From: an uncultured Spirochaetia bacterium
GTDB lineage: Bacteria; Oederibacteriota; PGYV01; Palsa-1178
Direction of reading: 5' to 3'
Assembly: GCA_964443355.1 (NCBI GenBank)
Contig: CAYUDX010000014.1
Coordinates: forward strand, 17,992-81,991
Length of the DNA: 64,000 nucleotides
Shown here: positions 1 through 10,307 of the stretch, one piece after another
Layout of the letters: each line of letters opens with the position of its first letter
How positions within the stretch are numbered: the stretch's first letter is position 1
Made by a program: the position numbers and the translations under genes
The notes under the pieces: model-generated
What the model saw: the letters and a program-made list of their open reading frames with translations, nothing else
Database searches by the model: none
What the model was told of the DNA's origin: nothing

Positions 1-3000
1 GGCCGCGACAACGATTTTATTATTTGCGTCAAAAGCCAAATTGCATCCGCCGAGACCAGTTATCTGGAATATGCCGCTGCCGTTGAATGTGGTGTCAGGC
101 GTCCCATTGGTGTTATATCTGAACACAAAACTGGCCTGTCCTCCTGGATGGGATGTGTACCCCGTCGTCACAATTTGCCCGTTCGAGTCGATTTTGACAG
201 CCCTTCCGGAGAATGTATATGACCCCTGGGCAACTATCCCGCCGCTGCCAAACGAAGTATTAAGCGTTCCGTCCGGATTGTATTTCCAGATTATCATGTC
301 GGTCCAGCCATTGGATGTATCGCTCTGACCGACAATATATATATTTCCAGATCCATCGGTGCACGTGCCGTATCCGTAGTCATTACCGTTCCCGCCGCCC
401 GCGTTGTTATTTGTGACATATCCTATTGAATTAAAGGTCGTATCCGGCGTTACGCAGATAGCCGGCGTTGGCGTCGGCGTCATTGTCGCGACCATGCAAT
501 TATCCACATAAGACCATACGGCCATGTCAAAATTTGCGCCATTCATGTGCTCGCCGGCGACGTAAATTGTCCCAGCCTGATTTATTGCCAGGCCAAATCC
601 CATATCCGGATTATATGCAGCCCGTGCGCCCGTAATATATCCGGCAGGACTGAATGTATGGTCTATTGTCCCGGCCTGCGTATATCTCCACAGCGCCATA
701 TCGGTATGTGTGCCTCCTCTTAATGCCCCGGCAATGACAAGATTTCCGGACACGTCAAAGCTAACGTCGCTTCCGTAGGAATTCGCCCCTGTTCCGTTAA
801 ATGCAACCGTTCCGTTTATCCCAAAAGATGTATTCAAGCAATAGCCGCGCATATCAAATTCTGAAATGAACATTGTTGTATCATTTCCCAGCGTGGATGT
901 CCCGACAACGTATGAATACATCCCCGCCCCGTTCAGATAAACAAATGCGTTTCCTTTATCCACAGACCCTGTGCCTAAAATATTATATGGCGATGTATAT
1001 TGCCAGTCGTTTGTTCCGTCCGGGAAGAAGCACCATAAGGCAAGATGCCCATTGTTGGTGTCCGTAACATATATCCCTCCGTTACAGTCCGTGCCAATTC
1101 CCATCTTGGAATTATCACTGCTTCCGCCGGCAAAATTAATATATCCGGCTCCGCCCCCAAAATTTCCGTCGAACGTCCCGTTGACATTCAATTTCATTAT
1201 TTGCAGCGTTGAGTTGTTTACCCTGGATGCGACAATTATTCTCTGGTTTGTGTCAAAAGTTATTCCGCATCCACCCACTCCTGAAACTTGAACTATCGCT
1301 CCGTTAGCGAAGGAAGAATCAATGACTCCCGTTTTGGTAAATCTTGCCACGAAAGTAAACTCGCCGTTTGGCTGATACATAACGCCCGTCACAACAAGAT
1401 TGCCGTTTTGATCCAGCTTTAAAGCCCTTGCCGATGTGGCCATGCCGCTTCCGTTCAAATTGACGATGCCGCCGCTGCCGAATGATGCGTCCAAGGTGCC
1501 GTTGGGCTTGTATTTCCATATTATCATGTTATATTCGCCGTCGGCGGCGTCGCTCTGGCCCGCCACAAAAACGCTGCCGTCGGGGGCTATTGTCGTCGCA
1601 TAACCGTAATCGTTGCCGTTGCCTCCTGCGGCGTTATCATTGGAAACAAATCCGGAGCTTCCGAATCCGGTATTCGAAGTAACACATGAAGTTGGCGTGC
1701 TGGTGGTGGTAAAAGTCGATGTGGCGGTATAGCTCGGTGTTGTCGTCAACGTATATGTCAATGTATATGTCGGGCTCGTCGTCGGGGTCCTTGTAAATGT
1801 CACGGAGACTGTCGGCGTGGCGGACCTGGTCCATGTCATGGTAATGGTCGCGGTCTTTGTGAAAGTCCCTGTGTTAGTGAACGTCGGCGACTTTGTTGAT
1901 GTCATTGTAATTGTCGGGGTTTTTGTCTTTGTTCCCGTAGCCGAAGCCGTCCAAGACTTTGTGGCCGTCGGTGTTATGGTCGGCGTCTTTGTGCGCGTGG
2001 AAGTCGGCGTGGCGGTAAATGTCGAAGTCCCTGTCCGGGTTATTGTAAAGGTAGGCGTTTTTGTCGACGTGCTTGTTATCGTAAAAGTCGACGTCGCCGT
2101 TCTTGTGGCTGTAATGGTCGGAGTATTGGTCGGTGTCACGGTATAAGTCGATGTCGGCGTTGCCGTGCTTGTGGCCGTTATTGTCCCCGTCGCCGTAAAT
2201 GTGGGGGTATTGGTTGTGGTTGGAGGCGTGCCTGTTACGGTCGAGGTGAACGTGTAGGATGGCGTCTCCAGCGCGAAAGTAAATCCCGGTGTTGGATTCA
2301 TCATTGTTACATAATAATTTGAATCCGTATGTCTTTCAAGAAACGCCAATTGCCAGTAATTTGAAGCATCAATAACAGCCGGTATTTGTGGATATGTTAT
2401 TGGATTCATAGATGTTAGAGCCATAGCTGAAAATGGATGGGCCCATTGTGAAGACCACAATCCCTGCGTTGAGTCATATTTTATAAGGTAAAATCCCGTG
2501 ACATCAGAACCAGAATCAAAAACCTCATGAACCTGATAAACCAGATACAGGTCATTGCCCGAGGTGCTTATCTGCGGGCATGTTATGTCATCATCCGGCG
2601 TTACTGTCGTTCTGGGATCATCACTCACGAGAGCGTTTGCGTTCCAGCTGCCGCTGTTTTTATTGGCAAACCACACCGCATGCTTTGTGTCCCCGGTTTT
2701 TACCTGCTGCCAGACTATCTGCGGCCCGTTGCCGTTGGCCACAATTGACGGATTGTCAATTACATTGGTCGACGATGCCACAACCTGATATGACGTGTCA
2801 GGATTTGGATTTGTAATATAATTCCAATTTTTGTATCTGATATCATAGGTGATCCCGTCGGATTCAAGATCAATATATGCCAGGGATATATTGCCGCTCG
2901 TATCGATAAATGTCGAAAACGTTTTGTTGATCGGATCAACAACCGTAACAGGCGCGCTGAAAGAAAGCGGAGTGGGCGGGCTGGTAAGCGGCGGAGGAGT

Positions 3001-4041
3001 ACTGCAAACCGCATATTCAATAGAACCATAATATCCCGACTTGGTATTTTCCCACCACAACACTATCGGAAGCAATGATGAAATGCCGACATTTGGGAAC
3101 ATGGAATTATAGCTGTCAGTGGATACCTGGACGGGGGCCGCGCTCAATCCCTGGTCAAGGATCCCGTCGTTGCCCAAATGGTCGCCATAACCCCTGATGA
3201 ATATCTTTCTGTTGCCGCTTCCCGTCCCTTCCTCATATACAATAAAAACATCGCCCAACGAATTAACGGCGATCGAAGGATCATAATCCCCGTTGCCGCC
3301 GGTCGGCGCACCCACGGGCATTCCTGTCGTCTCAACCCATGTTGAATGAACACTGTCCCAGCTTGATATAGTAAGATATACGTTGTTGGCGTAAAAACTG
3401 CTCTTGCTTACCATGTAACATTTATTCCCGAGATATGCCATTTTTCTCTGGCTTGCGAAAGCATCGCTCTCGTTTGACCAAGTTGTTAAAATTGACTCAT
3501 TGCCATAATTCGTTGCAAGTATTGATGTGTTGCCCGTAACCCCCGTATTTATATTCGTATATTTCGCAGACAAGGTATATGAGCCTGTCTGAATCGAGCA
3601 AGTCCTATTGTCAACATAAGCAAGAAATGATTGTTTTAAATTGCTTCCGCCGCCGCCGTTGCAGGCTTCATAATTTATCATGGTATCCGTGCCATAGCAC
3701 GGAAAAGAAGTGATATTGGATGAAGCTATGATAGATTGATTGGACAATTCGTTCGGAAAATAAATCGTCATATTTACAGGATTGTCCCATGCGGTCGTAT
3801 CAATATAAGTATTACCGATGAACGGAAAATACGCGACAGGAAACGCTGAACCCGTGTTGTAATTTATATATTCTCCAAATGGATTGGCCTCGGAATATAT
3901 CTTATTAATAACAACGGTTCCCGACGGCAGCGGTGTTGCGTAACAATTCACCGGTGTTGGCGGCGGCGGAAGAATTGGTGTGGCCTGGATGGAAAAAGAT
4001 AGAACCGGCAAAAGCATGGATAACAATAAGATTTTTTTCAT
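1..4041 (-). CDS. Large secreted protein, 3'-partial (>1347 aa, runs off the window): signal peptide, uncharacterised N-terminal region, Thr/Pro stalk, delta-60-type beta-propeller repeats
   Basis: Not in the ORF track because there is no stop in the window. ATG at 4041 gives [22 protein letters not shown]. The frame was open in every segment I spot-checked, including nt 1-60 ([20 protein letters not shown]). It contains motifs such as [18 protein letters not shown] and [18 protein letters not shown], typical of delta-60 repeats. A consensus promoter lies upstream. Confidence 0.8.
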   Translation of the reverse strand, partial: MKKILLLSMLLPVLSFSIQATPILPPPPTPVNCYATPLPSGTVVINKIYSEANPFGEYINYNTGSAFPVAYFPFIGNTYIDTTAWDNPVNMTIYFPNELSNQSIIASSNITSFPCYGTDTMINYEACNGGGGSNLKQSFLAYVDNRTCSIQTGSYTLSAKYTNINTGVTGNTSILATNYGNESILTTWSNESDAFASQRKMAYLGNKCYMVSKSSFYANNVYLTISSWDSVHSTWVETTGMPVGAPTGGNGDYDPSIAVNSLGDVFIVYEEGTGSGNRKIFIRGYGDHLGNDGILDQGLSAAPVQVSTDSYNSMFPNVGISSLLPIVLWWENTKSGYYGSIEYAVCSTPPPLTSPPTPLSFSAPVTVVDPINKTFSTFIDTSGNISLAYIDLESDGITYDIRYKNWNYITNPNPDTSYQVVASSTNVIDNPSIVANGNGPQIVWQQVKTGDTKHAVWFANKNSGSWNANALVSDDPRTTVTPDDDITCPQISTSGNDLYLVYQVHEVFDSGSDVTGFYLIKYDSTQGLWSSQWAHPFSAMALTSMNPITYPQIPAVIDASNYWQLAFLERHTDSNYYVTMMNPTPGFTFALETPSYTFTSTVTGTPPTTTNTPTFTATGTITATSTATPTSTYTVTPTNTPTITATRTATSTFTITSTSTKTPTFTITRTGTSTFTATPTSTRTKTPTITPTATKSWTASATGTKTKTPTITMTSTKSPTFTNTGTFTKTATITMTWTRSATPTVSVTFTRTPTTSPTYTLTYTLTTTPSYTATSTFTTTSTPTSCVTSNTGFGSSGFVSNDNAAGGNGNDYGYATTIAPDGSVFVAGQSDAADGEYNMIIWKYKPNGTLDASFGSGGIVNLNGSGMATSARALKLDQNGNLVVTGVMYQPNGEFTFVARFTKTGVIDSSFANGAIVQVSGVGGCGITFDTNQRIIVASRVNNSTLQIMKLNVNGTFDGNFGGGAGYINFAGGSSDNSKMGIGTDCNGGIYVTDTNNGHLALWCFFPDGTNDWQYTSPYNILGTGSVDKGNAFVYLNGAGMYSYVVGTSTLGNDTTMFISEFDMRGYCLNTSFGINGTVAFNGTGANSYGSDVSFDVSGNLVIAGALRGGTHTDMALWRYTQAGTIDHTFSPAGYITGARAAYNPDMGFGLAINQAGTIYVAGEHMNGANFDMAVWSYVDNCMVATMTPTPTPAICVTPDTTFNSIGYVTNNNAGGGNGNDYGYGTCTDGSGNIYIVGQSDTSNGWTDMIIWKYNPDGTLNTSFGSGGIVAQGSYTFSGRAVKIDSNGQIVTTGYTSHPGGQASFVFRYNTNGTPDTTFNGSGIFQITGLGGCNLAFDANNKIVVAA
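1690..2265 (-). repeat. Thr/Pro/Ser-rich low-complexity stalk (TxTP/TxTx periodicity) inside the partial CDS
   Basis: Translates to [37 protein letters not shown]...; produces the Val-rich antisense ORF 1817..2146. Confidence 0.85.
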
Positions 4042-4129
4042 TTGGCACTCCCCTGTTTGTTTTGTCTTTCCCCTGTATATCTCGCTGTATGTCTTTGCCT
4101 CAAATATCACCCAAATTTAAATTATCGGG

Positions 4130-4158
4130 ATTATACACATTTGTCCATACATTGTCAA
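4130..4158 (-). promoter_or_regulatory. Perfect sigma-70 consensus promoter
   Basis: Minus strand reads TTGACA-N17(ATGTATGGACAAATGTG)-TATAAT, about 90 nt upstream of the ATG at 4041. Confidence 0.85.
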
Positions 4159-4237
4159 TAAAAATATCTCTCATTGGACGCACATAGGATATGGTGGCGA
4201 TCCGGGGAGTTTGGGGATATTATCTGAGCGGCGAAAT

Positions 4238-4269
4238 AAAAAGGGCCGCGTTTTCACGCGGCCCTTTTT
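4238..4269. terminator. Intrinsic terminator (bidirectional shape) downstream of the GH8 gene
   Basis: AAAAAGGGCCGCG-ttttca-CGCGGCCCTTTTT. Confidence 0.85.
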
Positions 4270-4283
4270 CCCGAAAGGCTATT

Positions 4284-7200
4284 TTATTGTATAACCACTT
4301 TTTCTATCGATGATTTTCCGACTTCCCCGCCCGTGCTTGTCGCGGTTATCACGAGGTAGTAAACCCCGCGCGCGAGGCCGGCGAAGTAGCTGGCCTGCAT
4401 CGTGGTGGCCACGGGACCTGCGGAATAGGTGTTGGTGTCCTCGAAGTAGCGCACCAGCCTGCCCGCCTTGGTGTATATCTTAACCTCTATCTTGTCTATG
4501 CTCTTGGAGACCCAGATGTATATGGTCCTGTTCGTCGGAACTCCGGGCGTCGGGTTCGGGTTCGGCCCGATGACGTATATCGGCGTCTGTCCCGGCATAG
4601 GCGTCGGCGTCCCAACCTTGAATATTGACATCGTGGGCGTCGGTTCGACGGTTATCGTCTGCGTTATTGTAAATGTCGGCGTTACCGGCACTGTCACTGT
4701 ATCGGTCGGCGTCGCGGTCATTGTCGGAGTCATGGCCCCTATGCTGAAGGGCATCGACGCCGGGCTTATCACGTCGTTCGCCGATACGTTGGTCCCCTGC
4801 GCGGCAGAGCTTATCGTGATCGAACCGCCTTTTGTGACGTTATAGATGTAAACCACGTCTGTTTCGGCGCCTATTGCAAGCGTTGCCGTTACCGCGGGCG
4901 AAGGCCCGGATACCAGCACGAGTGAATTCGACGGGTCTGTGACCGTGTAATTATTCGGCCCGACGTTCGTAAGCGGTGCCGTTCCGTTATTGGTTATCTT
5001 CAGCGTTATCGTCAACTGCTGGCCTTCGACTATTGTCGACGGGGCCGATATCGAGACCGAGAGCGACGGGCTCGTGGAATTCGTCGCAGTTGGCACGGGC
5101 GTGTAGGTATTTGTAGAGGTCAGCGTCGGGGTTATCGTGTATGTCAATGTCGGCGATGCTGTTATTGTCGCGGTATTTGCCTGCTGTGTCGGCGTATTTG
5201 TCGGAGTTCCGGCAGCCGGTGTGTTTGTCGCCACAATTGCGGTTGCCGTCGCCACGACTGGACAGCTCGGGCAGCCGTATATGTATATGTCGTCCACGGA
5301 CAGGTCAACCGCAGCCGGCGCTCCCGTAGCTCCGTTAAAGTTTGTCTGCCACTGTATCTCTTTGGCGTGCTGCAATACTGTCGCCAACGGCACTGCGTCC
5401 GTGGGTGACCACAGGAACTGCGCAAAAGTCGTAAAATCAAATTTATACTGGGTCCAGGCCGCCGTCGGAGTAAAAAGGACATGGTAATCATCGCTGCCCG
5501 TCAGGGTCTTGCCCGTGGTATCGCTTTCATACGGTATCTTTATCAGATACGACTGGTTGTTGCCTTTTGCGTAGAAACTGATTCCCGTGCAGGAACTTAA
5601 ATCGGTTGATGTAAAATTCGGCGAACCGGCCGTTGAATTCAATTGCGAGCCTATTCCAAGGCACGGATAATATCCGGTCGCCGCATCGGTGGCCCCGACC
5701 GTCCCCGTTATCCTCATGGAATATCCCGTTGTTATCGCCCCTCCGGCTGTCGGCGAGCAATAAGCGCCCTGGGCCGGCGCTATCCATGTATCGGTCGGAT
5801 AGGCGGGATCGCCCGATGCATAAGTATACCAGTATCCACCGTAATCATTGCTGTTGTTGCCGTCTTCAACATCGTCAAACAAGCATGTCAATCCCCCGTT
5901 GGGCGTATTAGTCGCCGTAGGTATGCCTGTCGTGGAAGTATATGTAACTGTTGCCGTGGGTATCGTCTGCGTATCCGTATACGTCGATGTCGCGCTCGGT
6001 ATGACTATGGTAAACGTCGAGGTCGGCGAATTCCCCGGAGTGGCCGTATAAGTCGATGTCGGCGAGTTGCCCGGCGTGTTTGTGTCTGTTATGGTCACGG
6101 TATACGTCCTTGTGGAAGTGTAAGAGGACGTCAGCGTAACCGTCGGCGTGTATGTCGGCGTGCGCGTATATGTCTGGGTGTCGGTCGGCGAATCCGTGGG
6201 TGAGCCGGCGTATTCCGTGTTCGTCGGCGTCACGGAGAATGTCGGCGAAACGGTATATGAAGGTGTCGCGGTCGCGGTGTAAGTCGACGTCGATGTGTCC
6301 GTCTTTGTCGCGGTATATGTCGGTGTAAAGGTCGGCGTGGAAGTATCCTTTGCCGTCCCAGTGAAAGTCGCCGTGGCCGTGGGTGTGGCAGTCGAAGTAT
6401 AGGTGTTCGAAGGCAGAGGCGTCCCCGTCGATGTGGCAGTCGGGGTTGCCGTCCTGGTTGAAGTCCCTGTATATGTGGGCGTGTAGGTGCTGCTCGGCAG
6501 AGCAGTGCCTGTGAATGTCGGTGACGGTGTCTTTGTGGGTGTTATTGTGGGGGTAAGCGACGGAGACGGCGTCGATGTCCATACAGTGCACGGGAACATG
6601 GAAACCTGGTCTATCTGTAGCAGAACAGTGCTCCAGGGCTGGCCAATGGTCTGCCAGTGTATGGCGTTAAGGTTGGTAAGAACCGATGCCATTGTCACTG
6701 CGGTGCCTGTCCCGGCCTGTTTAAAACTTGGCGTAGTGCCGGTAAAGAACAGCTGATATTGCGTCCATGTCGTCGGCGCGACAAAACTTGCCGAGTAATG
6801 GTCATTGCCGTCATTTATTGTAGCAGACGGCACAAGCTGGCAACTGTATATATTGCCGTCCCCTTTTGCCCAGAAAGTTATTCCGGTAAAGCCGGAACAA
6901 TTTACCGAACCTGTCGCAACTGACGAAGTGTTTGTCCCCATTCCTATAAAACCATATGTGTAAGCCGTGGTTACCACACCGGTCAACTGCGCGGCATAAG
7001 CCGTTAAATTGGCGCCCGGCGCAGTCACCGACATATATCCTACCGAAGTCCCGGAACTGGCGCTGTCGTTGTAGGAATACCAGCTTCCGCCCCATGAATT
7101 AATTGTCGTATCATTATCAAGATTACCCAGGGCAAGCTGACATGCAAATGTGGGTGTCAGGGTTGGTGTCTGGGTTATCGTTGATGTCAGGGTTGCCGAC

Positions 7201-9080
7201 GGCATAGGCGAAGGTGTCGGCGACCATAGGTATGGATAGAAAGCAACATTATCCAAACTCAAGTTAAATGTTATTTTCGTATTGTCGCCGTTCTGCCACT
7301 GCAATTTTTGCAAATGGGATGTAACCGTTGCTATAGGCACCACGACTGCCCAGCTTGGCTGGGTAAAGTCGGTGGCAAATGATAATTGATAATGTGTCCA
7401 GGTTGCCGGCGGGGTGAATGTGTACTGATAATATCCAGAATCTGATTGTAATGTTGAAGAATTCATTTCATTAAGGGCCACGGAATAAAGCGTTGCGCCG
7501 TCTCCCTTTGCGTCAAATACGATCCCTGTGAAAGGCATCACATTTACGCATCCTGAAACAGCAACGGCATTATATACAAGGTCCGTTCCAATTCCTACCG
7601 AGGGATAATTCGGCGCAACTGCCGCCGCCTTGGTACCAGTAACCTGCAGATACCATGTGGTGGCAGGCGCAGTATATGGAGGCGTGGTGGAAGTGGCGTT
7701 TGATCCGCCTGCTGTCATGGTGACAAAACCGCCCTGGATCGGATATACAGTGGCGCCAAGAGTCGCGGCGTTTGCCCATGTATACCAAAAACCGCCCCAG
7801 TTGTTTTGCGTGTTGTAATAAGGCATAAAATCCTCAAAATCATCCAGAAGCTGCGTTGACGGCGCCGGTGCCGGCGTATATGTCGGGACAGGTGCGCCTA
7901 TTTCCCTGAGGTCCTGAAAGTTTCCCGTCATGAGAAGAAGGGTTAAAAGTTCCAGCGTCCCATTATAATAAGAATCCGTTATCAAAAAACTCCTCGTCCT
8001 GTCATAATATGACTGCAGTTGCGTTGATGTTGTCGTGGAATACATTAAAGAGCATCCGGCAGGTCCGACAAAAGCCGCGTTGTTATATTGGCCCTGCGTC
8101 GAATTATTCGCTATGTAATACCCGTCCACTATGCTTGATGCGGATATTCCGCTGAAAAAAGAGGCGAACAGGCTTGTTTCCGTTGATGAAGGATTTGTAA
8201 CGGCCGCGCCCCACCACAGGTAATCCATTGCGTATCTGAAAGGAACACGGCAGGAATTATATGCATACTCCGTCCCGCTGCAACCGCCACTGCACGGATT
8301 GTCGGTCCTTCTCGACCCGTCGGAATTGCATATCTCGCCCACAAGGCCGCTGGTGGCATTCCTGTTTGTCGCAATGTTGTTGTAGCATTTTGCGATGGCG
8401 GCATTCCATGTGGCGGCATTACCCGCGTCGAACTTAGCGAATTCCCTTAAATACGCCGGGAAATAATATGAAGGATACGACCAGTCATCCCAGTTGTCGC
8501 CGGGTTTGATATGGTAATCGGTGGCGCTTATGTCATAAGAACGTATGCGTCCTATTTCCGTGGTGGCAAGCGTTGCGTAATTATACGTTCCTCCGCTTCC
8601 CCACTGTATGTCCGCCATAAGAAGCGCGAAAGCTATATCAAAATCCGCGTCTGAAGCCGAGTTGCTGTCCACGACCGTTCCGCCGGAACTGATGATCCAT
8701 GGCATGAGGTTTGACGCCTTACCCGCGGCGGTTGTGACGCTGACCTTGTAAGCCCATAAGTTATTAAATAACGTCTGGTCATCAAAATATATTGCGAGCA
8801 ACATTCCATATCCCTGGCCTTCCGATACGGTGCAATTATTCTGGCCATCTATGGTCTGAGGGCTTTGCACACGCTGTCCCACGGACGCCGTGGCCACATA
8901 AGTTGATTTCCATGTGGAATACATTGATTGCAAATCGGATATGCTGAAAGTGGTTATCCGGTTGCCGGCAACATAGTTCATGTTTATCGGGAACGGATAT
9001 TTGGTCGCCGCGAAAATCGCAGAACCTGACAGAATAGTTATCAAAGCGTTTAAACTGATCAGCAATAAAAATTTACGCAT
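4284..9080 (-). CDS. Modular glycoside hydrolase family 8: GH8 + three CBM11/CIA30-like domains + Thr/Pro linkers + Ig-like domain + T9SS/FlgD-like C-terminal sorting domain (1598 aa)
   Basis: Signal peptide; GH8 motifs TVSEGQGYGML and SASDADFDIAFALLMA; three modules starting LLDDFED..WGGFWY, LDNDTTINSWGGSWY and LFDDVEDG..YGGYWY; C-terminus PNPNP..KIYTKAGRLV..LARGVYY..EKVVIQ. Confidence 0.85.
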   Translation of the reverse strand: MRKFLLLISLNALITILSGSAIFAATKYPFPINMNYVAGNRITTFSISDLQSMYSTWKSTYVATASVGQRVQSPQTIDGQNNCTVSEGQGYGMLLAIYFDDQTLFNNLWAYKVSVTTAAGKASNLMPWIISSGGTVVDSNSASDADFDIAFALLMADIQWGSGGTYNYATLATTEIGRIRSYDISATDYHIKPGDNWDDWSYPSYYFPAYLREFAKFDAGNAATWNAAIAKCYNNIATNRNATSGLVGEICNSDGSRRTDNPCSGGCSGTEYAYNSCRVPFRYAMDYLWWGAAVTNPSSTETSLFASFFSGISASSIVDGYYIANNSTQGQYNNAAFVGPAGCSLMYSTTTSTQLQSYYDRTRSFLITDSYYNGTLELLTLLLMTGNFQDLREIGAPVPTYTPAPAPSTQLLDDFEDFMPYYNTQNNWGGFWYTWANAATLGATVYPIQGGFVTMTAGGSNATSTTPPYTAPATTWYLQVTGTKAAAVAPNYPSVGIGTDLVYNAVAVSGCVNVMPFTGIVFDAKGDGATLYSVALNEMNSSTLQSDSGYYQYTFTPPATWTHYQLSFATDFTQPSWAVVVPIATVTSHLQKLQWQNGDNTKITFNLSLDNVAFYPYLWSPTPSPMPSATLTSTITQTPTLTPTFACQLALGNLDNDTTINSWGGSWYSYNDSASSGTSVGYMSVTAPGANLTAYAAQLTGVVTTAYTYGFIGMGTNTSSVATGSVNCSGFTGITFWAKGDGNIYSCQLVPSATINDGNDHYSASFVAPTTWTQYQLFFTGTTPSFKQAGTGTAVTMASVLTNLNAIHWQTIGQPWSTVLLQIDQVSMFPCTVWTSTPSPSLTPTITPTKTPSPTFTGTALPSSTYTPTYTGTSTRTATPTATSTGTPLPSNTYTSTATPTATATFTGTAKDTSTPTFTPTYTATKTDTSTSTYTATATPSYTVSPTFSVTPTNTEYAGSPTDSPTDTQTYTRTPTYTPTVTLTSSYTSTRTYTVTITDTNTPGNSPTSTYTATPGNSPTSTFTIVIPSATSTYTDTQTIPTATVTYTSTTGIPTATNTPNGGLTCLFDDVEDGNNSNDYGGYWYTYASGDPAYPTDTWIAPAQGAYCSPTAGGAITTGYSMRITGTVGATDAATGYYPCLGIGSQLNSTAGSPNFTSTDLSSCTGISFYAKGNNQSYLIKIPYESDTTGKTLTGSDDYHVLFTPTAAWTQYKFDFTTFAQFLWSPTDAVPLATVLQHAKEIQWQTNFNGATGAPAAVDLSVDDIYIYGCPSCPVVATATAIVATNTPAAGTPTNTPTQQANTATITASPTLTYTITPTLTSTNTYTPVPTATNSTSPSLSVSISAPSTIVEGQQLTITLKITNNGTAPLTNVGPNNYTVTDPSNSLVLVSGPSPAVTATLAIGAETDVVYIYNVTKGGSITISSAAQGTNVSANDVISPASMPFSIGAMTPTMTATPTDTVTVPVTPTFTITQTITVEPTPTMSIFKVGTPTPMPGQTPIYVIGPNPNPTPGVPTNRTIYIWVSKSIDKIEVKIYTKAGRLVRYFEDTNTYSAGPVATTMQASYFAGLARGVYYLVITATSTGGEVGKSSIEKVVIQ
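5905..6580 (-). repeat. Thr/Pro-rich linker of the GH8 protein
   Basis: About 225 aa of TPT/TYT/TAT repeats between the second and third CBM-like domains. Confidence 0.85.
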
Positions 9081-9158
9081 TTAATTACCTCTTGAATCAT
9101 TGGCGCGTGAAACCAAACGCCAGATTTGTGGATGTCTTTAATAAGCGTCGCTCTTACT

Positions 9159-9187
9159 ATGATAGCAAATTTTAAAAACCCTGTCCA
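9159..9187 (-). promoter_or_regulatory. Sigma-70 promoter with extended -10 for the GH8 gene
   Basis: TGGACA-N17-TATCAT with TGn before the -10. Confidence 0.6.
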
Positions 9188-9229
9188 CAAAGTAAAACCG
9201 AAAACATCAAAAACTGCTTAACCTGTTTA

Positions 9230-10243
9230 TCACTTTGTGACTATAATGAACTTTTTGGCGACGCTGAGCCCGGCCTGTATGTATACGGGATAAACTCCCT
9301 GCGAAACAACTGCTCCCGCGGCGTTCTGGCCGCACCATGTGGTTTCCCATGTGCCCGTGTCTTTTGACTCATTTAACAGGACCGCCACGACCCTGGCCGC
9401 CTTGTCGTAAATTATTATTTTGACCGTCTCGGGCTGTGCCACCTGCACGCGTATCTTTGCGCACTGGCCTTTGTTTGGATTTATAAGATTGTCGGCGACC
9501 ACGCCTATATCAGTCATTACAACAGTGGGTGTCGCCGTTATTTTATCCGCGTCGGCATCATGTATGGAATTCACGGGCGCCGCCGCTCCTGATATCATAT
9601 TGCCGTTTTCAACCTGGTTTGACGCCGCCGCTGTTTTCGGGGCCTGGCTGTTGGTAATTGCCGGAGCCGCGGAAGCGTAAGAGACTCCGGGAGCTGGCGC
9701 CGGGGCCGCAGCCACAACCGGCGCTGAAACCGCAGGCTGTATCTGTTGCACTGACGCTGCCCGAACTGCGGGCGCGCTTTCTGTCCTTGGCGAGGCGGCC
9801 ACAACCGCAGGTTTTACCGCCTGTTTTGCGTATTTAACCTCAACAGGGGCTTTTGCGGTCATGACGTGTTTTACCGCCGGAACCGGCGCCATTGCAATGT
9901 CTTTTACAGCGCTGGTCGGCCTGTTATATATAATGAAGACGGAAACGAATAATACGAGGGCGAATGACGCGGCATAAGTGAATAAGGGGGCCAGATTCCT
10001 GGATATTTTTACTTTTTGGCCGGAAATCACGGCCATTACCCTTGTTTCAAGGTAATCAGGCGCTTCAACTTTCATCAAAGAGGCCAGTGAGGCCATTTTT
10101 TCAAGGTCAGCGTCATATTGCGCGCATTCGGCGCATGAAGCAATGTGTTCCGCAGCCTTTTTGGCCGTTTCAGCGGAAGCTTCGCCGTCCCTTGTTTCCA
10201 TTATCATCTCTTTGAATTTTTGGCAATCCTTGTGGCCCTTCAT
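9230..10243 (-). CDS. ZAS-type (zf-HC2) membrane anti-sigma factor with Ala/Pro linker and C-terminal FlgD-Ig/T9SS-CTD-like domain
   Basis: HxxxCxxC motif (EHIASCAEC); one TM segment (LFTYAASFALVLFVSVFII); C-terminal IIIYDKAARVV..WCGQNAAGAVVSQGVYPVY..KKFIIVTK. Directly downstream of the ECF sigma gene. ATG 10243 preferred over GTG 10252 from RBS spacing. Confidence 0.8.
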   Translation of the reverse strand: MKGHKDCQKFKEMIMETRDGEASAETAKKAAEHIASCAECAQYDADLEKMASLASLMKVEAPDYLETRVMAVISGQKVKISRNLAPLFTYAASFALVLFVSVFIIYNRPTSAVKDIAMAPVPAVKHVMTAKAPVEVKYAKQAVKPAVVAASPRTESAPAVRAASVQQIQPAVSAPVVAAAPAPAPGVSYASAAPAITNSQAPKTAAASNQVENGNMISGAAAPVNSIHDADADKITATPTVVMTDIGVVADNLINPNKGQCAKIRVQVAQPETVKIIIYDKAARVVAVLLNESKDTGTWETTWCGQNAAGAVVSQGVYPVYIQAGLSVAKKFIIVTK

Positions 10244-10269
10244 TTTTAGCACCTTCCTTTATCGAATAT

Positions 10270-10297
10270 ATAGACAATCCCGGTATTAAAAAGTTTC
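10270..10297 (-). promoter_or_regulatory. ECF (sigmaE/sigmaW-like) promoter between the sigma and anti-sigma genes
   Basis: Minus strand reads GAAACT-N16-GTCTAT, matching the GAACTT/GAAAC-N16-GTCTnn ECF pattern. Confidence 0.6.
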
Positions 10298-10307
10298 GGT
10301 ATATATA

